Source of the DNA: Aplysia californica
Lineage: Eukaryota
Direction: 5' to 3'
Length of the DNA: 64,000 nucleotides
Assembly: GCF_000002075.1 (NCBI RefSeq)
Contig: NW_004797330.1
Coordinates: 254,911-318,910 of the forward strand
This document shows, one piece after another, positions 22,101 through 37,100 of the stretch. The notes beneath the pieces were generated by a model. It made no database searches. It was given only the letters and a program-made list of their open reading frames with translations, and was not told where the DNA came from. The position numbers and the translations under genes are program-made. Each line of letters opens with the position of its first letter. Position 1 is the stretch's first letter.

Positions 22101-25100
22101 TTTCCCTTCCCAAAACATAGGCTCGATGTTCCAATACATTGCCTCTGGATCTCACTGGTGTTACTCCGGCCTTCAGAGAGTGCGCGTATGCCTTCGCAGG
22201 AATTTCCTCCTTTTTTAAAATTCCTGAGTGGCAGCTATGAGCCCCCACCCCCTGTTTAATTTCTTCTATTTCTGCCACCTCAACACCCCCCCCCCCCCCA
22301 CTTTCCTCCCAACTCACTCATACACCAGAGCATGCATGCATACTTAATTTAATTCATCTCAGGACAATATTTGTGAAGATTAAACTGAATAACAGGTCTC
22401 TTGAATGTCATCTTCTTGAAAATTGATGTTGATTTGTCTGTTCCTCTGTAATAACTAAACAACTATGAAGAGATTGCAGAATTTCCCAGTATCTTGAACA
22501 AATTATGTGATAATATTGCCCAAAGTAGAGTGGGTTTTTTCAGTATAGTCTTGCTCCTTCTTCAGGTTTTCCCGGACGAGTTTCATTTGCAGTCACTAAA
22601 CTCCTTTCTACGTGCCTGTGCTGAGCTCCACCCCAATGTGAATGTGAAGAACATTATCATTGCCCTGATAGACAGGTGGGGAGTCTAAGACACTTGTTGA
22701 TTGACATGGTTTCATGTGTGTGTGTGGACTTAAGTTTGTTGGGATTTTTTTACATGTTTTAGTGCGTACGTTTCTGTGCAACATTGTTTTAGTATCTTGA
22801 TGTTTAGGTGTAGGTGTGTTTCCCTGTTTTGTAAGGGTCACTTAGTTGGGAGTGAAGGAGGTGGAGAAGTTAACATAAATAAACATGTGAGCAAGAAATG
22901 ATAACTCACAGCTTCGTGATATCTAAGCAGTGTTATTGGTGTTTATGAGAGGAAGGTGGGGTTTAATAATCTGAAGGGAATTTTTTTTTCTTTCTTTTGT
23001 TTGAAGTAATGGCTGAATACATTCTCATTTCACTTTTGAATGGTGTCCTCAGGCTGGCTTCTTTTGCTCAGAGTGAGGAGGGCAGTGGAATTCCTCCAGA
23101 AATTCAGCTGTTTGATATTTTTTCACAGCAGATTTCTCAGGTCATCCAGGTAGGTAAATCAAATAAACTGCATTTTCAATACTCCCCCCCCCCACCCCAA
23201 AAATTTTTTTTAAAAAAATGAACAACAAAGAAACCAAACCTTACAGTATCTATTATGTATCAGAAAGGGATGGCATCAGACGTCCTCTTCTGTGTCTCCA
23301 AGACAATTAATAGACAGTAAGATATCACGACACTCCCATTTTGTTTTTTGAGTGAGAGGCTGTGTCCATTCAACACATTGGGTGATGGGTTGTTTATCAT
23401 CTGCTCTTCCTCCTTCTTTTCACTGTTGGTAATGTCTCAGTCTGCCTCTGTGATGATAATCTTTGGTGAATCAGGGGAAATCATGCGGAAAATTTTCAAC
23501 GTTTTCTTTTTTCACTTGCTCTCTTCCTCTGTCTGAGATGGGCCCTTATGCTCTTTCCCTTTCCTTTGAGTTTGGTTTTTATCTCGAACTCATTCATAAA
23601 AATCTATCTGAAATAAACATGTTTTCCTTAAAAACACTAGATGCAGATTTATATCTTGGCTTATATTTGAAAAAAACCCACACGACTAATTGTTCCTTAA
23701 AGCCCCAAACTCTACTGTTTTGTACTAGCCCTGATATGTGATTGCATTCTCCATACCTGATTGCTGGAAGTGTTGAAAGCTAAAGTAAAACCTGTCCTCA
23801 AGATGCACCTGACAAAGTTGAAGCTCGTGTGCTTCAAATTGGAACTCGATCGCTGATATTTCTTGCCTGTAGCTGTTTAAATAAGTATTACACTGACAGC
23901 TAGTCACTTCTTTAATTTTACACTGTGAGAACATTTAAGGAATGTTTTAGTGGGAAACAGCTTTCCATTTCTGTTTAAACTTGGAATGAGAGCACAGTTT
24001 GGGTTCTTTTTTGAGGAGTGTATTTGCAAATTTGCAATTATGGAAACTCACAGCGTAACATGATATTTAATAGAACTGTGTTCGAGGAAGGGTTTAGAGG
24101 GGGCAGGGGTGCAAAAAAAATTACTACTGGCTGCCAGACCACTCAGGTAATTTTCTTGAGTATCTCAGTCTTTCTGCTCAGCTTGAGTTGTTCCTGACCG
24201 GCAGAGTGGAAGTCTGCCTCTTAAAAGATCTAAATCGTGTTGACAGGGGCATAAAAACTCATGCATACATACATAAAACATTCGCTTGTATACTACTGGA
24301 TAATGCTGGAGCTACTGTTGAAGCTTTCACTGTTTGTCTTTATTGTAGCAAGTACTTGGAGTCATTGGAATTAATTTGTAGAAGATGTTCAATCTTAGTG
24401 AAAATCTCATCAAATTGTGTTGTTTGTTTCAACATCATATGAATAAATTTTCCAAGAAGTGTCTCCTTGGATAGGCGTTTCAATTTCTTTTCATCTATTC
24501 TTTTACATCTGTCTTTCACATAACTCTGTTGTGTTGAACAAAAGCTTGAAAGTACACTGAACAAAGATGATGTTACTTCTACGGGGTTTTTTTGTGGTCA
24601 GTCTCAAGCTAGGACTGCGACTGGTCAATTATTATCACAGCTAAACTCTTTCAGTTTCAGAGGGGGAAGGCCGGTAAAATGTCAGTGATAAATCAGTGAA
24701 AATTTGAAGGAAAAAAATCTGAAATAAAAAATGTGTGCTGCAAGTGTTCATACTGAAAAATTTCACCTCGAATGACTCATTATTGACCTTAAGGTGAATT
24801 CTACTGTTAAATTAATACCTTGACCACACTATTTGATGGTAGGCTAGAACAGGGAGCAAGGCCACCCCCAAGAGAAGCAAAGTGACCCCCACCCCCAGCA
24901 CAGCTTCCCCTGCACGTCTGAGTGTACATGGGGTGAGAGCATGCACAGGAGAATGTATTGTTTTCTCCACCTTTGTGTTAACTTTTTTGTTACCCCTTGG
25001 TTTATTTCTTAAAATTCAAGCGGCTTAGTGTGAGCTTGCAGTTTCAGATTGCTCAATAAGCGGTATTGAAGAAGAATGTTTAAGTTTGCTAATTGATAAG

Positions 25101-28100
25101 AGACTTGCCTAAAATACGATACCACTGTTACCAGTTTCCTGCTCCCCATTTTCATTTACAAAATTTTATATTTATATGTATACAGCTGTCAGGCTCTTTC
25201 AACTGTAGTGTATACAATATGCACTATGCTAGGGAGAGAGATTCGTTTTTAAGAACAGTACATTCAGACCTTTATACATTTCGTTTCGCTATTGGTTTTA
25301 AAGAGATGGGGAAAAATTGTGTGAATGGTAAAAGATAGCTCTAAAAAATGGTTGGGATTATATTATAAAGTGCAACCACTTGCAGTACTGTGGTCTGAAT
25401 TGGGCCTTCAGGGTTTAATTTTTTAAAACCATTTAAGAAGTGCAGTAATTCTCTGCCCATGTTTAACATAAGCTGAAGTGCACTGAAGCAAGGATCAGCA
25501 CATGCCAGAGAAGAAACAAGAGCTGTGGGCTCACAATGAATTGTGGCTTTTTTTTATATTACCCATCAGTCTTTGTTGTTGTTGTTTTCGTTGTACCTGT
25601 CTCTGCAACCATCATAGTATTATTATTATTATTTTATAACATTTGCACTACATTTTGTTTTGGTCACTTTCATGGCATATTTCACTCATAATCAAAAGTT
25701 GGTGAATCAAAAATTGTTTAAAGAGTGAATAATTTAGAAACTAAACAAATTCAGGGAGGTGACAAATATTAATTTTTAAAGCAGCATTTCCATTTAATGT
25801 AGAATCTTGTTGCCATTTTGATCAGAATTATTAATAGAAATCCAAGAGTCAAGAAGGAAACTAAAAAAATCTAACACAGTTGAGTAATTATGAAGAAAGA
25901 AATTGGAATTCACAGCCATACAGAGTGGCAGTGTGTGAGGTAAATGGCTCTCACTTATAAAAGATATCATTATAGAAATAAAAATGTGTAATCAGATTCT
26001 GATTGCGTTTCTTACTTTGTAATTTTGTCATGGAAATGAGGCATTACTATTCCCCTTAGGTTTGGACTAGTTATTTATCTTTTGATGTTATCTAAGTTAC
26101 TATGTATAGAGTAATGGTTTTCTTTTTCGTGTGTTTATCTTTATGTAGAGTACTAGTTTCTAGGCATTTTTATTTAGAAAAAATTCTCAGAAAATGTATG
26201 TGCCATGCACTCTCATTAGGTTTTTCTCATGTATGAAGATAAGGAAAGGAATGTAGACATGTTATAAGTAAAAGATGCACTCCAAGCAAGAGGTCTTTTA
26301 GGTTAGCCCCTTGAGGGAAAGATTAAAGATATTTTACTGATGAGTAGCTTTTTATGGAAGGGAGAAGCTCATGACAGTATTTGGAGAAGTCGTGGTCTAG
26401 TTTTGATGGCAAAGAGTACTATTTATATCTTCGGTCCCCCCAGTGTCAGATGCTGAACTTGGCGAGGAAGAAGGACATTTCACCTTGTTTTATTTTATGG
26501 TGGTTTTGCTAATTGATTTCCAAGGTAACTTCACCCATTTGGATTTCAGCCTTAAAAGTAAACTTAACTGAACAGTTCATAACTCCCGTAGCTTAGAAGT
26601 GATGATCACTATTTTTTGTGTGTGTGTGTAGGGGGGGGGGGGGGGGGTGTTTAGAAAAGCTTTAAAATTGAAACAACGGAACTGCTAAAAATTATCAGTT
26701 CAAAAGTAATTATCATACATATTTTGCTCATTTGAAAAACCTGGGACAGTGTAAACCATTTTATAAAGGCTTTTTTTTCTTCTATTGAATGCCCTTTTTT
26801 CTGCAACTTTTTATTCACAGAATTTCAGTGTGTACACTACCAAAAACTATGTCTGTTCACTCTGTTGCTAGGCATCTTTATGCTAAATAGCAACGTATTG
26901 TGTGCCTTGGAGTTCTGCTTACCAAACTAAGCACTTTGAAAAATTAGCAGTTAGCAAAAAAAGAGTTGAAAAAAACCCCACAACAACCCTGGTTAAAATT
27001 ATGGTTCCCATAATAGACATGCTGGAAACAGTTACTACTGGAATTAGCAAACTGATATATTTGAGAGGAAGGTGTCTAAAACCTCCCAGTATATATTTTG
27101 ATCCTACAACGAACGTTACGCGAAATTCTGTTGTTTTTTTTTAGCACTGGTGCAAGCACTCACACTCGCTTATCCATGTTCACACACAAACAGGCACACA
27201 TACTCACACACACACCGCTCTCCGCTGGTGTCTTTAGTTTAGTGATAAAGTGCTTCACTCTCACATGCAGCAGACCTGAGCTTGCTTCCTGTATTGGGAT
27301 AATTTTTATCAAGTATATCTTTCTGCAGGGATGTTGTATCCTTCTCAGCCCAGGCTGGCCCTGACAAGCAGGGTTGAAGCAGCCCACCTCCTAAATCATC
27401 TAAATAGTGTTGATGGGGGTGTAAAAGCTCTACAGTTACATTTATTACACACCCTCCCCCACCATACACATACACTCTCACACGTTGACACAAATCACAA
27501 CCATAGGTGTGTATTTAATGGGGCCGCGACTATTTAAACGCAATCACTGAGTGTACTGGATGTGAAGCGGACAGGCAATTCGATCTTGGCCTTCCTCGGT
27601 TTCTATGATCTGGCCAAAATTTTTGACAAAGTAAGAAAAGTATTGGTGAGAACAACAGTTGCAAAATCTGAAATACTACACGACAAAGGCAAACAGGGAA
27701 AAGGCAATCTGAGCTCAAAGCCGTAAAAAAAATTGAAAATCAAAGTTCAGAACAGCAGAGGATTATAACTGTCAATAGGTAGTCTAAACCCGCTTTATTT
27801 GACGAGAAACTCAAAATCACTGATCAACTGAAAGTCCAGTTAGAAATTAAGAAAAGAAAAGTTTGAACCCTTCCAAATGGAACAAATTTCAGTCATTCAA
27901 AGTAATAGGGGTCTAAAGGAAAAGCTTTTCCAGTAGCATATTTTACATGATGTTCAAATAAAATCAGGACAAAACAATATGTGTTCTGATAGTGTGAGTA
28001 AAGCAGCAAGTTTGAGTCCGAATAGCCACGAAAGGCTATTCAGACTTGAGTCCGAATAGCCACTTTGATTTAAATAGACCAAATAGAATTATGCACTATT

Positions 28101-31100
28101 GTTTATTGATACGCAACAAAACGTTGAGATACTAAAGCGACACTGTATCGACACTATGTTTGCTGTAACTGAATTCATCCTTTCTTGTTTGCATTCAATG
28201 AACTGTTATGTTTTAATAGAACTGCCAAACACAGTTAGGTATTGTGAACTGTTGACCCTCTGAGTCGTTGCTCATTAAGCATACTGGATCTATGCACCTA
28301 GGTTTCTCTGGGACAACTGAGATTTACAGAACTACACGCCTAGCTGTTTGCTTGGATCAGTAATGTTGCAGCATAATTTATACTTGTGTGGTTTTATGTA
28401 CACAGGTGCTTCATGAAAGAGGTGAAGAAAGAAATACTTCCTTAAAATTTTGTGTAGTAGATAATGCATATGATGAGGGCTTTTTGTTTTTGGTTTTATT
28501 CGGGGGAGGAGGGGGAGTGGATGGGAAGGGGTTATAGAAATTTAATACACATTGAAATGTCAAGAATATATTTTTCATTGGTATCAGTCAGGTAAGTGGA
28601 GGAAGGGAAGGAAAGAGAAATCAAAGTGCAAAAGTTTTTTTAAAAGGGCATAATAGTTCAATGTTGTGGTGTCTCACGAAATGAAAGGCTTAAAAAGAAT
28701 GGGCTAGAGGGGAGTATATTCATTGGTTCTAACTGCAGTCTGCAGTGACAGGGTGCTTTACAAGCTAATACATTTTGTGATACAATGCTAAACTAGTCTT
28801 AAGTATTTCTTCTCAAACACTTTGTGCACTTCTATCTCCCACTCTTAAGCCTTCTTTCTTTGTACCACCAAAGCTTTCTGAAAAGAAATGCAGAAAGATG
28901 GGGTCAGCAGATTAGTGTTAGTTTTTTTCCACTTTCAATTTAGATGTCATTTCAATTTCCCCTGTAGTCTTGGTTTAATGATCCTGTGATCTGCTCGAGT
29001 CTATAGTTGTTTGCTATGTAGTTTTGTTTAGATTTTGATATGTGACCAGTTGTTCTGGTATGTACCTTCCCCTTTCAGTATCTTTTATTTTATTGTATCG
29101 GGCAGGGTTGAAGGGTGAAAGGAAGAGGGGAGAAGCTGATAAAAAAAGGGGGTATCTTCATTAGATCAGACAGGAGGAAGATCGTGTACAGAGGCACTTT
29201 TTGAGAGAATATGTTATTTTTCCACAAGTGAAGTAAAGATATTGAAAATTGTTTATTTTGTTAACCCTATCCGTACACCCTGGGGTCATTTTGTACCCCC
29301 AGGGTTGTATTCTTCACATTTTAGAATACATCTAGTATACAAAGGTCTCTATGAAACTTTCAGTATTTGAAAAAATCATTTTGACAAACTGCTTTGCAAA
29401 GCGTACGGATTGGATTGACGAGTAAATTTCCTCTATGGAAATGGGGGCATAGAGTTCCCCGCGTCGTATGGATACGATAGTAAAACGCCTCGTACGGATT
29501 GGGTTACGTAAGGAAAAAACATTGCTGAAAGTACTTTACAGTACAGATGGGCCATATTGACTGGTCTTGATCAAAACAAGCGTGTGTAGATTCTGAAATT
29601 TCAAATTAGAATGTTTTAATGATATATTTTTACATGATGCCATATGATGTTTGGGAAAGTAGTAGGCCTTTTTGAGGTAAGATAAAATGAGTGGTTGTGA
29701 AATATTTCAGATTTGTAAAAAGCTGTTTGTGAAAATAGTGTTTGTAGTGGGCTGTCTAAGTGTAAACTTGTCCCATCACTAGTACACTCCATAGATGTCA
29801 GAGTGTCATCCTTGGTATAAAATTGTCTTGATGTGACTTACAAATGTATCCAGTAGTGATCTGCATATTGCTGCAATTAGTATGAACTTTTTTTTATATT
29901 GCAGTCAGTATGCTTTCAAAGTAATCAGAACGTTTAAGCACCTGCAAGTAAAGACTCACCATATATATCTAGTATATTATGACAGTTGCTCTGGAACTTT
30001 GTAGTTGAACATGTTATCTAATGTCTTTGGGTGAAATAGTTTGCACAGTTCATTACAAAGCAGTAACAACTATCTCTTCATTGCTCCTGTCATAATTGTC
30101 TTGGTATTTATTTTAAAAAATAATGCTGCTAAATATTAGTTTTGTGATAATAAGAGATTAAGTGCTTACAGTCGAACCTGCTTTCACGCAAACCTGTCTT
30201 AACGGAATCTCCCCGCTCCTACCTTGATATATTCCTCTTTAATTACCTGTATAAAATTGAAACCTGTCCAACGGGGAAACCGAAAGAAAAATCCGCTCCC
30301 TTCTGAGGGTTTTACTCGACTAAGACGGAAAATGCTTTGCCCACTCAGCCCTGATTTGAAACAAAACTTGCAAGTTCGGTTCCGCCAGCTCTAAACTTAA
30401 CGCCATGCCATCGGGAGAGGAAGGGAAGTAGGGGTGCGATTTGGTGGTAGATGTTACCCCATCTCTATGTATGTGAGCCCTAAGCGATGATGATTTTCAG
30501 GGTTCAGGGTGGTGTGGGTGTGAAATCTTACAAGTGCTAGTGGAAGTGCTCGGGTAGCGCGCCACTATCGAAACTTTCCTGGGTAGCCAGAGGTGTGAAA
30601 TTAATTTGACCAGCGCCAGCCGCCCTGATCCTACGGCCAGCCAAGAAAAGAGTTCATCGAATCGTAGTTACATGGCAGTGAGGGGTGGCATTGGTTGACT
30701 GTGTTTGTTACACCGATGGATGGGGCTAAGGGTGGAAGCAAAGGAGATGTTCGAACGTTTCTGTTTGTAATAGTTACATGTAATAGATCAACCAGTGGTC
30801 CTATGAAACGCAAGCACTGGTGCTAATTGGATAAGTGTGTCTGACCCATGTCATTATCAGAGAGGATAAATCTAGCTGTTGAGAGGTGTGAAGTTTTGAT
30901 CACTGCTTGCCGACAGGACAAATGACCCTTGATCCCACCTGCTGGGCTTTTGAAATCCCCTTCAAGGAGCAGTGTTAAAAAGTTGTAATAACAGATTTCA
31001 ATTTCAAATTTATTTACTGTGTCCCTTCCTGAGTTTGAAATTACAGGTTTGTTTGACCTCATCCGGTTGATGAAAATGTTATCTTCACTTGCGATGGTAG

Positions 31101-34100
31101 TTTACTGAAGATTTTTGGGATGGATATATATATTATGGAAACTTTTATGGGTACTTGTACACGCTTGGGCATGTATTTTCTGAACCTTACTTTTCCGTCA
31201 TTTTTATTCCCACCTTATCTACAAAGGGGATTATCTGGTAGCCTGAGTAGGTGCAATACTTTTACAACACTTTAGGTTTTCTTATCTATCGTCTTCTTCT
31301 TTTTTCTGTACAATATTGTGTTTTAATGTTTGTGAGTGCTTTTGATTTTAACAAAACTTGTGAGGTTCTTTACTACTGTGAGTTTATTGATGATGTGACT
31401 GCCACATTCTGAAAATTGCCTGTCTTGACATCCTTTAGCATAATTTCCAACTGAGAGATTGTAGTATCTGTAGGCCACAATGTATTGAATGAGCTCATAG
31501 CATGTCTTTCAGCGTCAACAAGTGGCTTTGAGCTTAGACCTGTTAAGCATGTTTTTAAGACTAAATTTGCACACGGATTGCACTCTTCATCTTCCCTCTC
31601 AGAACCGGCCTGACATGCCCCCTGAAGACATCGTGTCACTGCAAGTAGCGCTCATCAACCTGGCTCTCAAGTGCTACCCGGACAAAGTGGATTATGTGGA
31701 CAAAGTTCTGGAGACCACAGAGGACATCTTTAACCGACTCAATCTGGACCAGTGAGAACATTTTTTATTTAAATATATTTTTTCTTTGATATCGCTTGAT
31801 CCGATTTGGAAATGCAAACTTGATTCACATATTTTAATGTCCTGAAGTTGTTACTTTTTCTGCTTTCAGTTCGTTCATCATATTGAAAGAATAGTTTTCT
31901 TTAAAAAAAACATTTACACGTTTTTTTTATAGCACCTTTGTGCTAGTAGGATATAGGCTTTTTTTCCTTCTAAAAATCATGCTTTTATTTAGGCAACCTT
32001 TTCAACCTACTCAACCTGGATAACAGAGAACAAATAGTTTAGTGGAATTTTTTTTCAGACGCCTTGCCACACTTCTTTTCTACCATACTATTATTCTTAT
32101 GTTTGTCCAATAGACTAGATTTCCAAGTTCAATGCTCTTGACATTTTACTTTTTATATTCACCTTTGAGCTTTTCCTGACATGTCAATCTGAGAATCAGG
32201 TGGGTCATGACTTTGACTTATAATCTCAGTGGGTGGTTGGCAGGTGCCCTGGTGTGGTTTGCTCCTCCCTTCCTTTGAAACATCCATCGCCCATATCTAT
32301 ACTCTTTTTCTTTCTGTGTTACTCTCTAGTAACACTATACTAATCTTCGGCTTTTATGTGACCTATTTGTGTTGCAAGTGCTGTAAAACTTACTAAAACT
32401 AGACTTATCTCATGACTCTTTCACTGAGCGGTATTTTGTTTCTTTTTTTCCTTCCTCCTCTCACCCGTGCTCTGTGATGTGTGTGTGTGTGTGTCAAGTG
32501 TGGAGCACGGCAGCCCTGTGTCAAAGGAGCTGATGCGTCTGATGAAGATTCCTGTGGACACGTACAACAACATCCTCACTGTGCTGCAGTTGCAGCATTA
32601 TGGCCCTTTGTTTGAGTATTTTGACTACAAAGGCCGGCAGCTCATGAGTTGCCACATCATAAACAATGCATTGGAGAGTGAGACTCCGATCCCAGCTCAA
32701 GAAAATGTAAGTGAATTGCTGTGGTTAAGAGTTGAGAAGGATTTATGGAAAAGGTGCTCAGTTATATTAGGATAGAATCTGAGAGATGTACAAGGTCTCA
32801 AACTCTGGAAAGGGAGACCCTAATCCCAGTTTAAAAATATAAATGGACTGCAGTAGGTTAGGGGCTGAGAAGGAGAGAAAGCGTTTTCTAGTATTAGTAT
32901 TATCCTTGAGTTTATGAGAGATATAACTAGGCCTCAAATGTGTGTGCGCCTAAAGAAAGGTACCAAAAGTCTGATTTTAACCATTTTGAGGTAAGGGTTG
33001 TACCTTATAGAACATTCAATTCTGAACATAGTGGTTTTCTAATTTTTGAGATATCTCAAGTAGTTTTTTTAGATAGTACACATTTTACGAGGTAGGGTAT
33101 AAAGATCTAATTTGAGAAAATTAGCTTTTAAGTTTAGAACACATACAAACTTGAAAAAAACGATGATTCAGTTATTTCTAATGTATTTATTCATAGAAAA
33201 TTCATTTCCAATACAGCATTCAGATGACATCAATATCATAATTTTAGAAATCAATTTTAAAACTTAAAGGGGAAGAGAAAAAGTGCTTCAAGAATAGATT
33301 TTACCACCTTTTAAAAGCAGTTTTCATTATCTTTTTAAAATATACCCTACCCTCAAAATAATTCAAAATAAAATATTTAGAAGTCAAATCAATGAAAACT
33401 CTTTTAACACATTGTTAAGAAATGGTGGAACTATCATTTTTTTAAATGGAAACACATTTTGGTCCAAAAAGTTATTTTTTGTCTTTTTCAGCCTGTAGCT
33501 CAAATTGGTCTGTGGCGACTTTTGGTATCTTCCTTTAGGCACACACACAAACACTGAATGCACTTGTATGGATAGCAACCCAGGCAGGTGGTGTTACAGA
33601 AAAAGAACTGACAGATTGGGGAAAAAATTATTATTAAAAAAAAAAATTGGGGGGGGGGGGAGTGCTTTGTAATGGGTGTACTTTGGCTGAGACACAGTTG
33701 TATAGTTTGTTGATCTGGGAGGCAGTAACACTGGCAATATTGACGGAAAAGGGTTTAAAACAAGGTGATGAAGTCCATGAGAAGAGGGAAGTTTGGACAC
33801 GTCATGGTAACCTCAGAGTGGTAACCCTTTCATGAATTAATAAGTCATATCTTTAAAAAATATCAAATTTTTAAATTTCAGTTTTTCCATTTAAAATACT
33901 TGAACAAGTGTTTGTCAAATGTAATGAAATCCCTTCTCCATTTTCATGATCAAATAAAGGATGCACCCGATGTGACGGTAAAGACGGAACAAAGTATGGT
34001 GTGGTGATGCTATTGAAAGAAATTTCGTCGAAAACCACCATTTTTCAAAATTCAAGTGACTTCATAGCTTGCATGTCAAACCTACCTATTTTTCCAGGTA

Positions 34101-37100
34101 ACATGTGTGCACTCTCTCTGAAGAAGATTTCATGATAAAGGTCAGTTTGAGCTCCCCAGTTGGATCTTACCCGACTTTCAATGCACAATCGGGGTCTCCA
34201 CTCTCTGTGGAGCGACATTTGGATAGCCGTGATGTCATGTGGGAAAAGGAAAGGTGCTGATAACTTGTCTTAAGAATGGGGTGGGGATGGGGGTCAGAAT
34301 TTGCATTTACGAATTTCACATTCTGAGGTTGAAAATGTTCTCTGCTTCACAGGTGGAATCGATCCTGAACATCGTGAACTGCCTGGTACAAGATCAGAAT
34401 GACCAGCCTGATGAGCCTGAAGACCCAGAGGACTTTGCCGAGGAGCAAGGTCTCATGGGACGCTTTATCCATCTTCTCTTCTCCGATGATCCCAACCAGC
34501 AATTTTTGGTACTTTGTTTTTCTGTTCTGGATAGGGTTGTTTCCTTATACATTTTTTTACCTTATGCAGTTGCGAGCGCTGTAAAACCTCTTCTAAAACT
34601 AAAAAAAATACATTTTTGGTGGTTCTAGATTGGGCTGTTTCCTCATACAAGAACCCAAAAACCCATATATGGGGGGGGTTTGAGGCTTTCAAAAACAATT
34701 GTCTCACTGTTCGTGGAGTGCTTTCTTTTCATAGTCTCACTTTTGGGGAACATTAAGATAGGATAAGATATGATGATAAGATAAGATGAACTTTCCTTGT
34801 CCAGATCCTGGCACATTGGTTTGGTGTTTCACCACACACGCACTCTCTGACATACAGTAATGAAGTTTAAGCTGAATACATTGTATCAGTAACCTGATGG
34901 TATAGGTCTTAGAAAGACAGTACAAGATGATTAAGATGGTAGGAGTTAAATGGATATTGGTAAAAAAATGACCTTCTGTAGCTTTCTTTGTTTAAAATCT
35001 GAAGCGTAGGTCATTACTTCTTGTTGATATTTTCCTTTGAGGGGACAGGAGATGTTGTTGTCTGAAAAGATGGAATTCATTTTTCAAGTGCTAGCGATAT
35101 TGTATAATTCATTGGAATAAGAGAATGTTGATGGTGAAATTTTGCATGCTTCCCTTATTAATGGATTCAGTTTTACTTTAACTTGATGTGCCATGTTTCT
35201 GGTCCATGTTATCATACAAAAATTGGTCATACTTTCTTTGCTTGAATGACTGAAAATGGACAGCAATGATCTAGTGTGAACATGCCAGTTCAGTTTGTTG
35301 TCTATGGAAACACCCAGATACTTGTAATCTGTCTTTCGCTTGACATTTTTATTTTCCGTTTGAAATGGTTGCAAGGACAATTTCATTTTTTAAAGACGAC
35401 AATAAGATTGTTGGGTTTATTATTTCTGCATTTATTTAAAAGCAGCTTATGAGCTTCAAACTTGTTATATAGCCCTCTATTATTCCACAAATAAATATGT
35501 ATTAAAAAGTACCTTTTTTTTATCTCCATACACTTTGGAAATGTACGCACATTATGATTTGCCATTGAATGCTCGATCCCCACTTATGTTCCCTCTTATT
35601 TGTTGAGGTAATGTTCAGTATTGGAATGTTTATGAAATGAACTGATCTAAATTTCAAGAGTCCCTGGTGTAAATTATAAGACTTCTACTTGGATGTGAAG
35701 TATAGGTTTAACCTTTGAAGTGAAGGTTTCATGCAGCTTTTTGATTGTTTCAGATCCTGAACACAGCAAGAAAACATTTTGGTGCAGGTGGAGACAAGAG
35801 GATCAAATATACACTACCACCTATTGTGTTTGCTGCATTCCGTTTGGCATTCCGTTACAAGCAGCTGGAACAAGAGGTAGGTAATCGTTTCGTTTGCCTA
35901 CAATAATTCCTTTTACTGTTTTTACCCGGCACTGAGTTCTATCTGATTTTTCATCCAGACTGGCGTACATATGAGACATTCTAGATTCTTGGATTTGATC
36001 TAAAAGCAAGTTGGGCATTTTCAAATTGAACGACATTATCATAGTCATATTTATTCCCTGGAGTATTTACAAAATCGTTTTTTCTTGGATCTTATGAAGT
36101 TTCATGTCTCCACTATCATTATTAACAGAGAAAATAACATTTTACATGCAGTAGCAATAGCACAGATGTAAACAATAGGAGATGACATCAATCTTTACAC
36201 TGTGCAGGGATATGCCTAATTTTGCAAGCTTTGTCACTTTTCTGCATCATGTAGTCTAGATTATAGTCATACTTCCATTTAAATAATGATGTAAAAGCGT
36301 GTCACTTTCATCTGACCGCTGTTAAATCAAGATAAAATGAAATTGCTCTAATTAATTCTCTTAGGTCTCTGTATACGGGTCAAAAAGTGGATGACCAACA
36401 GATTCTAAACTCCAATTCATAAAGGTCACTGCCAACTAAGGCTCCGACATATTTTCCTTCACGTGAACCTAAAGCTGGTAAAAAAATAATAGGGGATTTA
36501 CAGCATACACCTACATCTCTAGAAGTTGACACTTTTTCCTCAACATCACACTTTAATGTTCACCTAAGAATCATGATTCAAGAGACGGGGTGAGTAATAA
36601 TTGAGACTAACGTGGAGCACGCGGAGACGTCTAGACAGCCCGGGGATGAAATCAACAAGTTTGCACGGAAATATGGGGGCATGGTGGTGTAGCTGTTTCA
36701 AAATGAGCAATTTGTTGGCATGGTTACTGTAAATCACTGATTTTAGTGATTCCGTGTATGCATCCAAAGAACAGTTTTTGTTATTGGGCTAAAAGAGAAA
36801 AACTTTTTTATTACTGGAACAAGATTTTTTGAAAAAATATTTTTGTTTGGTTGCTGCCCTGCAGAAGTTCCATGCAAAGTCAAGGGCATAGGTAAATTAA
36901 TAAATGAGCAAGCATTTTTTTCACCCAGACGGACAAAAGTGAACAAGCTATAACTAATGTTTGAGTGTATTTGAGAAATTGTGATGTAACTCACTTCTCT
37001 TGGATTACTATTTTACTGTATGTCTCCAGGATGAACATTGGGAGAAGAAGTGTCAAAAGATCTTCCAGTTCTGCCATCAGACGATTGGGGCCCTCATCAA

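Noticed and set aside
27336-27345. Extra GTATCCTT U12-like donors (also about 20993 and 44532)
   Set aside because: Not at exon ends; the 27336 and 44532 copies share flanking sequence and belong to a dispersed repeat.
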